From positions 1,984,001 through 2,048,000 of the forward strand of contig OZ076419.1 in NCBI GenBank assembly GCA_964187785.1: DNA of 64,000 nt, given 5' to 3'. This document shows positions 53,473 through 64,000 of the stretch, piece by piece. Made by a program: the position numbers and the translations under genes. The notes beneath the pieces were generated by a model. It was given only the letters and a program-made list of their open reading frames with translations, did no database searches and was not told the DNA's origin. This DNA comes from Amphiscolops sp. MND2022. Lineage: Eukaryota. Each line of letters begins with the position of its first letter. Position 1 is the stretch's first letter.

Positions 53473-54425
53473 TTTCTTGAACTAATTTTGTGAATTTTAC
53501 CAATTCCGGTTTATAAAATTTTCCTAAAATTGTTTCGTTCTTTTTATCTTTTACCACATATGTCGGTGGGTTATTTGTTGGTATTTGACTTATAGTAAAG
53601 ATTTCTTCAGTGAATTGTATTTTGTAGCCACGGTGAAACGTTTCTTTTTTCCGGCGAACTCGAACTTGATCACCGATTTTAAATTTTGGTCGTTGTGCAA
53701 GATTCGTGTTGCAGAGCGAAACTAGGTAAGGAACGTCTTTTTGAGAAACTTTGTGGAGCCAACTTTGTCAAACGATTAACTCGGCTATTTATGATGGAAA
53801 CAAAATTGTCGAGTTGGTCGATATACCGATTAGTGTCATGCTCATGCAAATATTTGAAAATCAAGGACTTCAATGTTTGGAAAAACCGTTCGGCCATTGC
53901 CAAAGTCGTCTCGCTCTACGTGGAGTAACTTTCAATACCCTTTTTCCTGCAAAATGATGCAAACTCTCCTTCAAATTCTCTACCTTTATCTGCCCAGAGT
54001 TTTTCGGGAGAGAAATTCTTCATGCAAGATTTTGGACCTGTTCTTCGACTATTGGAAACAATGATTTTTTTCAGGACGTCTGCACATGCTTTGGAAGTTT
54101 TTGATTTCATTCCTGATGCCCAGAGAAATCGACTAAGGGTGTCTACAGCTACGAAAAGGTACTTGACTGAATTGTCCCTCGCAAGTTGCTGCATGTCAGC
54201 CAAATCATTTGACCAAATTTCATTCAGTCTGTAACTGATGACTTTGAGTCTGGTGAAACATTTCTTAGCCATCTTGAATTTCGTGTAGGTCTCGCTCGCA
54301 TGCAAGTATTTGTCCACTTGTTTGGGAGAACATTTTGTTGCTTTTATCAAGTTTTGCCGGCTGCCGAATGTTGCGGCGTTCTGAGTATTGGTGTAGGAAT
54401 CGTGAATTTTGTTAAACGCCGCCAC
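53462..54425 (-). pseudogene. Maverick-2 DDE integrase core and C-terminal domain
   Basis: YTKF..NEIWSNDLADM, AVDTLSR, LWADKGREF, AERFFQTLK, RGYKIQFTEEIF, GKFYKPEL; in-frame stop at 53916; no chromodomain. Confidence 0.85.
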
Positions 54426-54464
54426 GTAGGAGTCATCGTTTTCAATTAAAATCCTCTTTTTCGA

Positions 54465-54613
54465 GCAATTTGTGCATATAAAGTTGTCATTATGCTCACT
54501 GATGTTTTTGATGCCGGCACATATGAAGTGAACCCAACCGCAAATATGACATTATATTGTGGGCAGGTTTTTGATCCTTTGCCCAAATGCTTTTGGCATG
54601 ATCCACAAAACCA
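54465..54613 (-). pseudogene. PHD-finger-like segment in frame with the integrase N-terminus
   Basis: WFCGSCQKHLGKGSKT /frameshift/ TI*CHICGWVHFICAGIKNISEHNDNFICTNC gives Cys4-His-Cys3 spacing. The frame is open from 54551 into the integrase. Confidence 0.65.
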
Positions 54614-54977
54614 TTTTTTTCCTCACACCTATTTTAACAAAGTTCAAATTGTCACCTAACTAGCGTTAGGCTTGGTATCGAGCTTGACTCGTTTCGCCAC
54701 AGACTCACTTGAAGCCAACCTCGGTTGAATTTGAGAACTTGTTTGTCTGGCGTACGTATTCGCCAAAAGACATTGCGGTAGACGGAGAACTTCGACCAAG
54801 TTCAAAAGTTGCTTTGGCAGTTGCTTAGTGTTGACTTGAAGGGCTGTGAGGAAATCACACCTATTCGCGTGTCCTGTTGGTCCAAAAAGATGCTTTGGGT
54901 GTTTTCGTCGATGCAGACTCGTTCACTTTGTTGCATTGATTTTAGTATTTGACGGAAACGCTCAATTTTATCATCCG

Positions 54978-55340
54978 TTATTTCCGACTGCAGTAAACTG
55001 GATAAAACATGCTCCGGCGTATTGTCCAGTTGGTAATCAGTGCTGGATTTTTCTGATGTTTTGTTGTCAATTGTTTTCTTTTCTCTTGGAACCTCGAATT
55101 CAAATTGATTTGAGCGAGCAATGCTTGTTCTTGACGAATTGTCGGATTTTCTTCTTTTGTATCTGCTTCTGAATGTAATGGGGGCACCTCTGGATTCGGA
55201 GTAAACCGAGCCAGAAAGTTGCGTTTTTGCTTTCCACAGGTGTCCAAGTTTTGATCTTCTTTCTGCTCCTTATTTTTCAAAAAGCTGTATTCGTCTTGAG
55301 TAATTAGGACGAATTCTTTCACGCTACCGTTCGATACCAT
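54978..55340 (-). CDS. Maverick-2 conserved small ORF (EFVLI motif), unknown function
   Basis: Positional counterpart of the Maverick-1 MEQFVLVP ORF (15659-15784). Confidence 0.45.
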   Translation of the reverse strand: MVSNGSVKEFVLITQDEYSFLKNKEQKEDQNLDTCGKQKRNFLARFTPNPEVPPLHSEADTKEENPTIRQEQALLAQINLNSRFQEKRKQLTTKHQKNPALITNWTIRRSMFYPVYCSRK

Positions 55341-55554
55341 GACAAACTTTCAAATGATTCGATACTGAAGGGAGAATCAGCTTCAACAAACGTAGGCCTC
55401 GTGTAGATGCAAGTATGTAGCGCTTTTTTCTAGCTGAAACTTTTCGCTTAGAGCATAAGTTTTCCATTGCTTTCTTCTCCCGTAACAAAGCCGACAGTTT
55501 ACTTTGTAGCGCTTTCGCTAACTTTACATTTCCTTTGACTACAATAAAATTCAA
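55324..55554 (-). CDS. Maverick-2 small basic protein downstream of the ATPase
   Basis: ILASTRGLRLLKLILPSVSNHL aligns with Maverick-1 LLTSERGLQLVDTITPFVINHL. Confidence 0.55.
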   Translation of the reverse strand: MNFIVVKGNVKLAKALQSKLSALLREKKAMENLCSKRKVSARKKRYILASTRGLRLLKLILPSVSNHLKVCHGIER

Positions 55555-55674
55555 TCGCAGAAAAACTTTATCATATCATCTGAGCAATTTAAAATGAAGC
55601 ATTTCTTAAGAACCGTTGGAAATTTAACGAATAAATCAATTGTAAAAAAAATTTGTAAACTCATTCTCAATGTT

Positions 55675-56346
55675 TTATTTGAGCAGGTCAGTGGAGCAAT
55701 AGAAAACGGATGGTCCCTCACCAGAACAATTCGACGAATACCTCAACAAATTGCTACTTCTCACGTCGAGATCGATCATCAATTGACCAAAAGGTTTCCG
55801 AGTAGCTCTTTGATATGCTTCGATAGTTGTTTGGCGCTCGCCCAGCTGTCGTCCCAGAATACCAATCTGTTCTGAATCCCTTGGACTGTTAAATAGAATA
55901 ATTTGGGTGACATTCAAGTCAATTGTTTTAGAATTTTTAGACTGTTGATACAAATTGTGCCGCAGAACCATCAGATGAACGTTTCGATGGCGACCTGCAA
56001 TTACTGCAATTACAATAGCTAAGAACTCTTTGCTTGATGCCGCTTCGTCAAACAAATCATCCAAAACCAAAATAATTCTTTTTTTGAGAGCTTCTGCTCG
56101 TTCCAAAGCGTTCCAATCCAATCCTTGAACAAACTCCACATCTATACTTTTTTCTTCGCTTCCCATCAAACTGTTCCATATTGTGGTTGATAGTGTTTAT
56201 AAAAGTAGATTATTTTTGTGAAGCATGGTGAAAATATTTTTTTTCTGGTTGGAAATCATATGTCCAACCAGTTTTGTTTTCCCGCATCCTGAGGGTCCCA
56301 CTATAGAAATGAAGCAATGGGGCTCCGTACTGATTCGCTTGTTCAT
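55675..56346 (-). pseudogene. Maverick-2 packaging ATPase
   Basis: Walker A GPSGCGKT, Walker B LVLDD, AGRHRNVH, FGQLMIDL; frameshift near 56170. Confidence 0.85.
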
Positions 56347-56696
56347 TATTTAGGAGCTGGTAGAATGTGGCCCAAGCACGCTGACAAAAGCGCAAGTATT
56401 CCTGAAGCGAATCTGTTTTCGGTTTCACAAACTGTTAGGAAAGTGATGCAAAACACAATCAACATAAAAATAATCAAGTGATGTATCAATATCACTTGGA
56501 GCGATCGGTCAAATCTACAGTTGCTACCACAGCAGAGACCGAAATTGAACGGTGGTCTTTCTTGATTGTTTCCGTCGAAGACAATTCTGTCAATGTTCAA
56601 CTGCGAAAAGTTGGCTGTATCCGATTGATCTTGCGTATTCTGCAGAGAGAGTTCACTGATATATCCACTAGAACTATTCGGATCAAAATTTGTCAT
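56346..56696 (-). CDS. Small two-transmembrane protein, 116 aa
   Basis: Two hydrophobic stretches and a C-terminal CLGHILPAPK. The stop overlaps the ATPase ATG (TAATG). Confidence 0.6.
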   Translation of the reverse strand: MTNFDPNSSSGYISELSLQNTQDQSDTANFSQLNIDRIVFDGNNQERPPFNFGLCCGSNCRFDRSLQVILIHHLIIFMLIVFCITFLTVCETENRFASGILALLSACLGHILPAPK

Positions 56697-56766
56697 TACG
56701 TTTGATTTGATAGAGATTTAAAATTTTGGAGGCGACTGCTTCAAGCGATTAACAGAGCAAAAATGA

Positions 56767-57394
56767 TCAAAATGGAAACTTATGAAAGTACTCAGAATTG
56801 AATAATTTGACGAAAGTCCAATAGAGAATTCCAGAGAAGTGTCCCAACAGCATGTTATTCCGGAATAATTTTTTGTCAGTCAAAGTGTAAACGTAACCAG
56901 GGCCAATACCGTTTTCAGTTCGCATATAGTCATGGGCGTCGTGGACATTTGCGTGCATTCGAAATATTTTTGAAAATTTTAGTAGATCATTGAGGCCTTT
57001 ATTACCTGGACCAATATTTCCTCCAAAAGACGCCTTTGAATTGACCTTAAGCAAATCAATTGTTCCATCCAATTACCAACATACTGCGAGAAATGCAATT
57101 TTCAAAGTTGAGTTTTTCGGAAATGAATATGTTACATTGACAAAATTGTGACAAATATCTTTGGATGAAAACATTGTTAGTGAAAGCTGAATTGAGAAGC
57201 AACTGAATTTCAACAATTATTTTACAAAAATGATGATGTATCAATAAGCGTGTCTTCATCATACACTGAAAACAGTTGATTGAATAACTTCGGTTTCTGT
57301 CAACTTCTAATTCAAGCAATCCATTACGATACATGTCCCGCAAAACTGGAAAGTGATCACTTGGTGTAAATAGTATTTTGGGTAAAATAGTCAA
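56767..57394 (-). pseudogene. PLA2-like accessory gene, probably one gene split by a frameshift near 57065
   Basis: FGGNIGPGN...HANVHDAHDY resembles the GPGN and HD motifs of parvoviral-type phospholipase A2. Confidence 0.4.
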
Positions 57395-58076
57395 TTACTG
57401 TAAATTGGTCAAAGGCTGTAGTAATCCACTCGTGTGGTGGTGCAGCACAGTGTAATATGAACGCGGTGAATTCCAGTCAAAATGCGTAGTTAGTAAATAG
57501 TGTAAAACAGTCAAATTTTACAAGCTAATTTAGTAAGGTGTAATTCAGTCAAAGTTTGATTAAATTCCACTTTTAATGAGGTATTCATTTACTAAACTAC
57601 CGAAAAGTGTAAAGTAGTCAAAGTTTGACTAGTTTACGGCAATCTAATAATTGCTTCAAACACATAAATTTACATTGGATAGTTGCTTGGAGTTTAATTA
57701 CTTTGACTAAATTACGCATTAACTTTGACTGAATTACGCGATTAAACAATTAACGCATACGTACATTAACACATACATACATACAGTAGAGTTTACATTG
57801 GATGACACATGCATGCAAAAGAATTCTAATCAATTAGTGTGACTAACTAATTAGGTCAATTTAGAGTTTAATGATTTGAACTAATTGCTCACTGATCATG
57901 CCAGTAAGCGAAACTTTTAAATAGAAACTTTATGATTTGATTTCGTGATTGAATTCAAATCACTCAGAATCCAATACTAGTCATAGTCATCATTGAATCA
58001 AAACGGAATAACGGAAACATCTAGCAAGTGAAAAAAATCTATAAATATCAAATCTTCTCCAATTTAAGATAATTTC

Positions 58077-58835
58077 TCAGAAAAAATTAACCAAAATTCT
58101 CTTAGGTTCGTTTAGTCGAAACACATACACTGAGCATTTGTGCAATTCGATATCTAGCGTGCGACTGTGTTCAGACAAGAAACGTCTGCCTGCTCCTCTT
58201 TGTAGAAGATCAATGTAGGATACAATGGTATCTTTGAAAGGCGCTTCGGATTTTTCCAACTCTAGTAGTCTTTGGAAGACGTACAGAGCCTTTTCGTTGT
58301 CATTGCATGCTCCCAGTGAGTTGTGCTTTTGATATTCCCAAACGCAGTTGAATGTGCATCCCAAACCTTCGGTTGTCTTCTGACTCTTAAGAGATCGCAT
58401 TTTTTCCCCTCTCATGCAGAAGGAACTTTTTGTCGAAGCAGCTGCTTCTGACTTTATAAAATTCTCTGGGTAGGAAACAGTGAAAATCTTCGCATACGCG
58501 TTCTGTGCTGTTGATAGAACTTGGGAAACACTCTGCTTCAACACATCGTGAATATTTGTAGGGTTAGGAATGTAGAGTAAAACATGATGATGATCTAGAG
58601 GGAAATTTTGGCAGAAGCTTCTCAATTCTCCCTGGTTGCATTCATTTTCCTTGTGTTGCCGTCCGATATATTGCGCATCATGCGAGCACAGGAGGATCTC
58701 CAACAAATTAGACAAACTAGTTGGCATACAAGATGCTCCTGAACTCTCCGTTCCAGTTTCCTGAGAAGTGTTTGAGAAGTTATTGTCAGAGTAGATTAAA
58801 ACCAACCAAAAGTTTGATGGTGTTTCCCTAAACAC
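58077..58835 (-). CDS. Uninterrupted 252-codon ORF of unknown function inside Maverick-2
   Basis: Open frame with no motif I recognise. The listed start is GTG; ATG starts exist further in (MPTSLS...). Confidence 0.5.
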   Translation of the reverse strand: MFRETPSNFWLVLIYSDNNFSNTSQETGTESSGASCMPTSLSNLLEILLCSHDAQYIGRQHKENECNQGELRSFCQNFPLDHHHVLLYIPNPTNIHDVLKQSVSQVLSTAQNAYAKIFTVSYPENFIKSEAAASTKSSFCMRGEKMRSLKSQKTTEGLGCTFNCVWEYQKHNSLGACNDNEKALYVFQRLLELEKSEAPFKDTIVSYIDLLQRGAGRRFLSEHSRTLDIELHKCSVYVFRLNEPKRILVNFF

Positions 58836-59324
58836 AGACGTCGTCTGAATAACTTGACTTGATTGAAAACCAACTGAATTTGAAAGTAATCAGCAAAGAA
58901 ATGATCGGATATGATTTATTTTTAGGAAATTTTCCTATTAGATAATTTATTTCCTTAGGTTATTTCCTCGAGAAGGAATTTTCCTATAGTCACGGAAATT
59001 TCAATCATGCTTCTAGCGTTAATATAGGAACAAGATACTGCTGGTTCAGTTTTTTTGCAGGTTTTTCATTTACCGGAGTACGTCATATCACATCGTCAAT
59101 TATCAAAAGCTCGAGATTTATAAGATTTAACTGGGGTTGTTCTGTGGCGATATACAGGTTAGTGCTTTAATTATGAAAAAAAAATTCGTTGCATTTTCTG
59201 CAACTCAAAGCTGGTGTTAGTTAAAGGTCAGTTTACGTTGACTTTCCATATATTCTCAGTTTCTTCGTTTTGATTAGAAATAATCTGGCTAGAAATGATA
59301 GTTAGTGTAATTAGCAAATAAAAG

Positions 59325-59450
59325 TGACATTTGGAGCGAATTCAAACTTTGACCTTTCTGACTTAGACGAATTTCGGTTTAGAGTCGGAAATTTACGCTC
59401 GTTTGTTTGGGATCGAAAAATTGCAGTAAACCCCCCTTTCCCTTACTACT
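59325..59450 (-). repeat. Maverick-2 right TIR (recognisable part)
   Basis: Shares AAACCGAAATTCGTCTAAGTCAGA and the terminal block with the left end. Confidence 0.85.
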
Positions 59451-60801
59451 CTTACTTATGGGCAATCTGAAGCCATAAAATAGGATACATGGTTGTGGGC
59501 AACAGTACGTTATGTATAAATTCAACCCTCCCCTGAGTGTTGAGGTTACAAACATTTTAATAGTTATTATAAACCTGAGCCTCTGATCAAGCGTAGTTCA
59601 ACTCAGTAAAGTGGTAGTGTTCAATTACATGTAGTCATCAGTGTTCCAACGCATTCATGACCTCTGACGAGAAATGGACCAATTTACAGTCAGTTCGCAA
59701 CCCTTGATGGAAAATGGATAGAGTTTCGGGCACTAAGATCAATGGCTCTAATCCATGTTCATCCAAAATTCATCGTGCATCATTTATTTATCCAAACTTT
59801 GTCATTCACTAACTTTCATCACGCCTTTCATCTTAACTTCATTAAAAGTGCTATTAAACAACATAAATCTATCAGAAAGTATTCAAGTATCCTGTGCTTT
59901 CACCATTTCATTCTCAGTGAGAATTAGACGCAACACGATGTAACGGCAAGCGCTAAGCGTTTGTGACGCAACAATAGAGTGGAGGAAGTGGTACCATGGA
60001 CATGATTCGGGACAAAGCACCATGACACCTGCTCATTTTCGCCTCCTAAAGGTTGCCAGTCCCGGAGAGGGGGGACCGTCCTATATGATGCCTTCTGGCC
60101 AGATTCCAGTCTGTTGCTGCTAAGAATCACAGGAATTGCACTGGAATTTGCAACCACCGCACAGATAGGTCATGAAAACTGCTTGGTTGTTGATAACTGA
60201 ATTTTGTCCAGTGGTAATCTGGGTAAAAGCAAAACACAATTAAATGACAATAGCCCTCGAGTATGTTATAATCTAAATACAAAACACCTCACAATCTAAG
60301 ATAACAGAGTCCAGTTCGCCAAAAACTGAGGATATTGGGTCATTGTGGCACCAACACTCGAGCTGGGCACAACCCCTATGCACGGGTAGACGCTTCAAGC
60401 TGTCATCAGAACTCTGGGTTCAGCACCGTAAAATCCAGGATTCTGCGGGCAAAGACCGTTGTTTGGCACGTTTTAGCTCGTTTTCTACCGTCTGCTCTTT
60501 CGGTCGCCTCGCTCTCCTGCGCGGGGCGGCTCTCTTGACTGTATTTCTGTACTTTCTGACAGGTACTTCGTCAAAAACATGCACATGATGCCACGTAAGA
60601 TTTGAACGAAATTTTCAAAATTTGTCAAACTTTCGTCTGGCTACAGGATGCCGTTACACGAGTTGCTCAGAAGGTGCTCAATAACTCGATTTGCTTTCGT
60701 ATTAACAAGTAGCCCATATAACTTGATTGGTCTCTTATTTATTCTCTCAAAACTTAATTCAACTCTTATAGCCTACAAAAACGATTTCTTCCTAAATCGC
60801 A

Positions 60802-61256
60802 TGAGTACAATTTCGCCTCGAAGACTTCGGAGTGGGAAAATCATCGATAACTCTTACTCTACTCGAAATCCATCAGAAAATCATCCAATCGTGAATTTCG
60901 GACAGAACAACACTGCAAATGCGAACTCTGATCCAAATTGATCTGAAAGTAATCGAGAAGAAATAAATTCGTCTTCACAAGCAGGAATTAACTACCAAAT
61001 CCTTAAATTATGAACCGAAATGAATGAGATGAAAACCTTACTCGCGACATGAACGCAACCAGTAATTATCTCGACCAGAGGAAGGAAACGCTCTGCGAGC
61101 CCCTCGCTCTCGCACCCACGAGCGTTTCGACATGCACTCTCATGAACCATGCATGCACAGGCAACGAGTAACATGTGGTCTCACTCGAGACAGTTTTTCC
61201 AATAAAGCTCTTCTCGACTGTTAACTTAGTTCGTAGCAAGTTTGGTGCGGTTAACA
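60802..61256 (+). other. Possible LTR-retrotransposon debris (gag-like start MSTISPRRLRSGK and an LTR-like segment with AATAAA)
   Basis: Short RRLRSG N-terminus; 61050-61256 has AATAAA and a PBS-like TGGTGCGG, but no TSD. Confidence 0.25.
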
Positions 61257-62299
61257 TGTCGAATTGAAAATGGTTGAAAAACTTAAGAATTCGGTCACTT
61301 TTATTCGTTTTTCTTACAATTGGTAAAACATTTCAACGCAAAAATTGCCTATCAGCTCATCATTTTGCGTTTTTAGAACTGATAAGAAATATTGTTTTCG
61401 GAATCATTTGTAAAAAAATAACTTCAGTGGTTTAAGAAGAGGTTTGTTTTTTTTCGAGATCCATATATGTTTTTTGTTTCAATCTTCCATATAACATTTG
61501 AACGAAATTCAAGTAAGTATCTTTGATTTGAACTGGCATCCAAATCGCCAAGAACGCGATTTGATTTCTTTCTTTGCTGTTCAGCTTCAAAGCTGACAAA
61601 AGAAGAAGAAAAATACCCAGTCTATTGTTAGTACAAACAAAATGTATGTGTACAGATTGTGTTTTTATCGTGCCACTGTAAGTATATTATATATCATGGT
61701 CCTGGTAAGTGTATAAGCGTTTTATTATATTGGTGTATACAACATACCTTGCTTGGCAACAGAAACTGGTTTCACGGCTGGTTTATTATTTTTCATTGGT
61801 TATTAATTCGATCACAACCATCGTGCTGTGTAATTTACCAGCTTTCAAATTTTACATGCATTTCAAATCAAAAAACGAGATTTGATAAAGCATTGATTCT
61901 TTTGAATTATTACAAGATACTTTGACAAGAGTCTACAATTTGTGTTTTCCCGACAAACTTCCCCACCTACAATTTTTGGTAAGTCAAGAAGAGGTTCATT
62001 CCTATCCAATATATTCATTGCTTGTGATATCTTCAAATGATCAAAATTATAAAAATTAGCGACATTCGTCCAAAATGAAAACACGGAGAAAACAGTTAAC
62101 CAAAAAATGTAATTATAATTGAGATAATTGTATATCAAATCAATTGATTATAGCATTAGTTATGACTAGTTACTTTGGGTGTAAAAAAATGAAATGACCA
62201 CATTTGATTCACATCTATTCTCTTCCTCTTGGAACCGTTGCTCGACCGCTTCGGAGAAGCCAAAGGCACCGGTCATTAGGAGAGTCCGGGGCAATACCA

Positions 62300-63372
62300 T
62301 CCAAAGTCTGGCAAAGAGAGCTGTCAGGACTGCGTCGAATTCTTTTTACTTTTCTTCGATGGCCGCGCTGTTTTTGCAAGTCTCCGAGAGAACATAAGAT
62401 ACTACAATGCAAAAACAATTCCGGGGCCCACCCATGTCGACTGAAATTTTTGAAAGGTCGATGCCCGAAGCTTTCCTGAGACCAATGTCTCGAACAAAAG
62501 GAATCCCAATCTTCTTGCATAGCTCTTTCCGCAGCATCACGATAGGGCCAGTGTTCCGGCTGTGTTCCGGTGTACATTCCGGAACACTCAGCGCAGCATC
62601 TCACTACATCCCAACATAAGGTTCCAAAAGGATTCCAGTTCCAACAACAGAGTCCTGAAAAATTGAAGTGAAAGCGGCTCCAAGAATGTGTTACTTTTCA
62701 AATGATAGGTGTAGAAAAAAATTGTTAACGGACCTTGTATTCTGATAAGGGTTCCAACCCATCAACTAGTAGAGAATGGCCCTGCCCATTCCGGAAAGTC
62801 CAAGCAAAATAAACTCCCCCACGGTCAGTACCCTTCTTATTTCCGGAATAACTGTCCATCGAGCGGGTTGCCGGACCGAAGCTGGGAAATATTCGCATAA
62901 ATTTATCTTTAGTTCTCGGGCGATGATCTTGACATCAGTCCTGGTGAGGTAAGACGTATCATCAAGCGACTCCGAGACTTGGGCACCAAAAGTCTTGTAG
63001 AGGGAGCTGTGGAGGCCGCGCCTGATCTTCCTTACCTACTGCTCAATGGCTGCAATGTTTTTACATGTCCCCGACAGAACATAAGAAATTACGGCACAAA
63101 AACAGTTCCAGGTCCAACCAGATCGACCGTGAGGGAGCGGAACCTAAAGGGTCGAGCTCCGGGGCATCGGTGAGACCGACGTCCCGGACAAAGGGGATTC
63201 CAATTTTCTGGCAGAGCCCCTTACGCTGTCGGACAGAATAATGAATGAGAGGACCACATTCTCTGGTGTGGGTGTAAGTCCCGGAACAGTGAACACAACA
63301 CCTCACCACTTCGAAACATAAGACCTTACGATGGGGGACAACGTAAGTCTTCCGCACGGCAGAGGACATCAA
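62300..63372 (-). pseudogene. Two divergent paralogous remnants of an unknown Cys-rich domain
   Basis: VVRCCVHCSGTYT..GP..RKGLCQKIGIPFVRDVGL versus VVRCCAECSGMYT..GP..RKELCKKIGIPFVRDIGL. Confidence 0.5.
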
Positions 63373-64000
63373 AAGCCTCCTCGGTGTGTAGTACTATGTT
63401 GAGACCCTGTCGAAGTGGACAACCACATAGGATATCCTCTTTTGCGCGTCGGTTACCAAAATTGCCGGGACGATACACACCATCTCGTAGGTATAAGACG
63501 ACATCATCGGAGTTAATATTTATTCATATTTTATGGTACAAGTTCAACTACTGGCAAGTAGCAAGAACGTGTTGTTTACGCTCAGCTAGATCATACAATG
63601 GGTGGCGTTGAAGAAATGACGAATACAGGTAAACAACAAGTGCTTAGGCAAACTTGGCAAGCATTGAGTGAGATTGATGATGTAGTTGTTCGAATTGATT
63701 GAAGCTGAGATGAGTTGATTTAATAGAGCCACGTTTACTAACTTTCACTTTTGAGAGAAAATATTCTAAGATACTAAACAAGCACAAAACCAACAAATCA
63801 TCACAACACAGGAAACCCTCAACTGAGTTTTCTCGGCGATTATTTCCCGCAGAGACATGAAATTTTACAAAGTGGTACATGGGCAGTTGGGCTACTTGTT
63901 TATAAATTGGAACCGCCTAAGTACCCAGCGGCTCATGAAAACTAGGAATGAGTAATTTTATATATTTTCTCGGTCAATTAAATATAGAAACGAATTGTCC

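Larger units (their letters stand above)
43623..59450. mobile_element. Maverick/Polinton-2, complete boundaries (15,828 bp), internally decayed
   Basis: 6-bp TSD CTTACT at 43617-43622 and 59451-59456. Termini AGTAATAAGGGAAGGGGGTTTACTGCAA (left) and reverse-complement AGTAGTAAGGGAAAGGGGGGTTTACTGCAA (right). Full Maverick gene set. Confidence 0.95.

Noticed and set aside
61050-61256. Solo LTR
   Set aside because: TG...CA ends and AATAAA are present, but the flanks (CGACA / TGTCG) are inverted rather than a direct TSD; kept only as low-confidence debris.

Overview
Eukaryotic (animal, probably invertebrate) genomic window, AT-rich and dominated by mobile DNA; no prokaryotic features and no CRISPR. 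Two host genes are supportable: a complete 6-exon GAPDH (2837-6281, +) and an intronless secreted PAN/Apple + C-type-lectin protein (39780-40715, -). The rest is mostly three large elements. (1) Maverick/Polinton-1 (~8705-23974) is decayed and has lost its left terminus. (2) A full-length BEL/Pao LTR retrotransposon (28316-37646, -) has a 5-bp TSD TGCAG and an unusually long leader carrying an SGNH-hydrolase-like ORF and three hairpins. (3) Maverick/Polinton-2 (43623-59450) is complete, with AGT-type termini and a 6-bp TSD CTTACT; it carries a PHD-finger-like segment in frame with its integrase, PLA2-like and two-TM accessory genes, and one intact unknown 252-aa ORF. Each Maverick has a ~2-kb internal tandem duplication. 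Smaller items are a Tc1-type remnant, a tRNA-derived SINE in a GAPDH intron, MITE-like repeats, a ~690-bp near-perfect palindrome and two paralogous Cys-rich unknown ORF remnants near the right end. All domain calls were made by eye from motifs; no database searches were run, and identity values are rough hand estimates.
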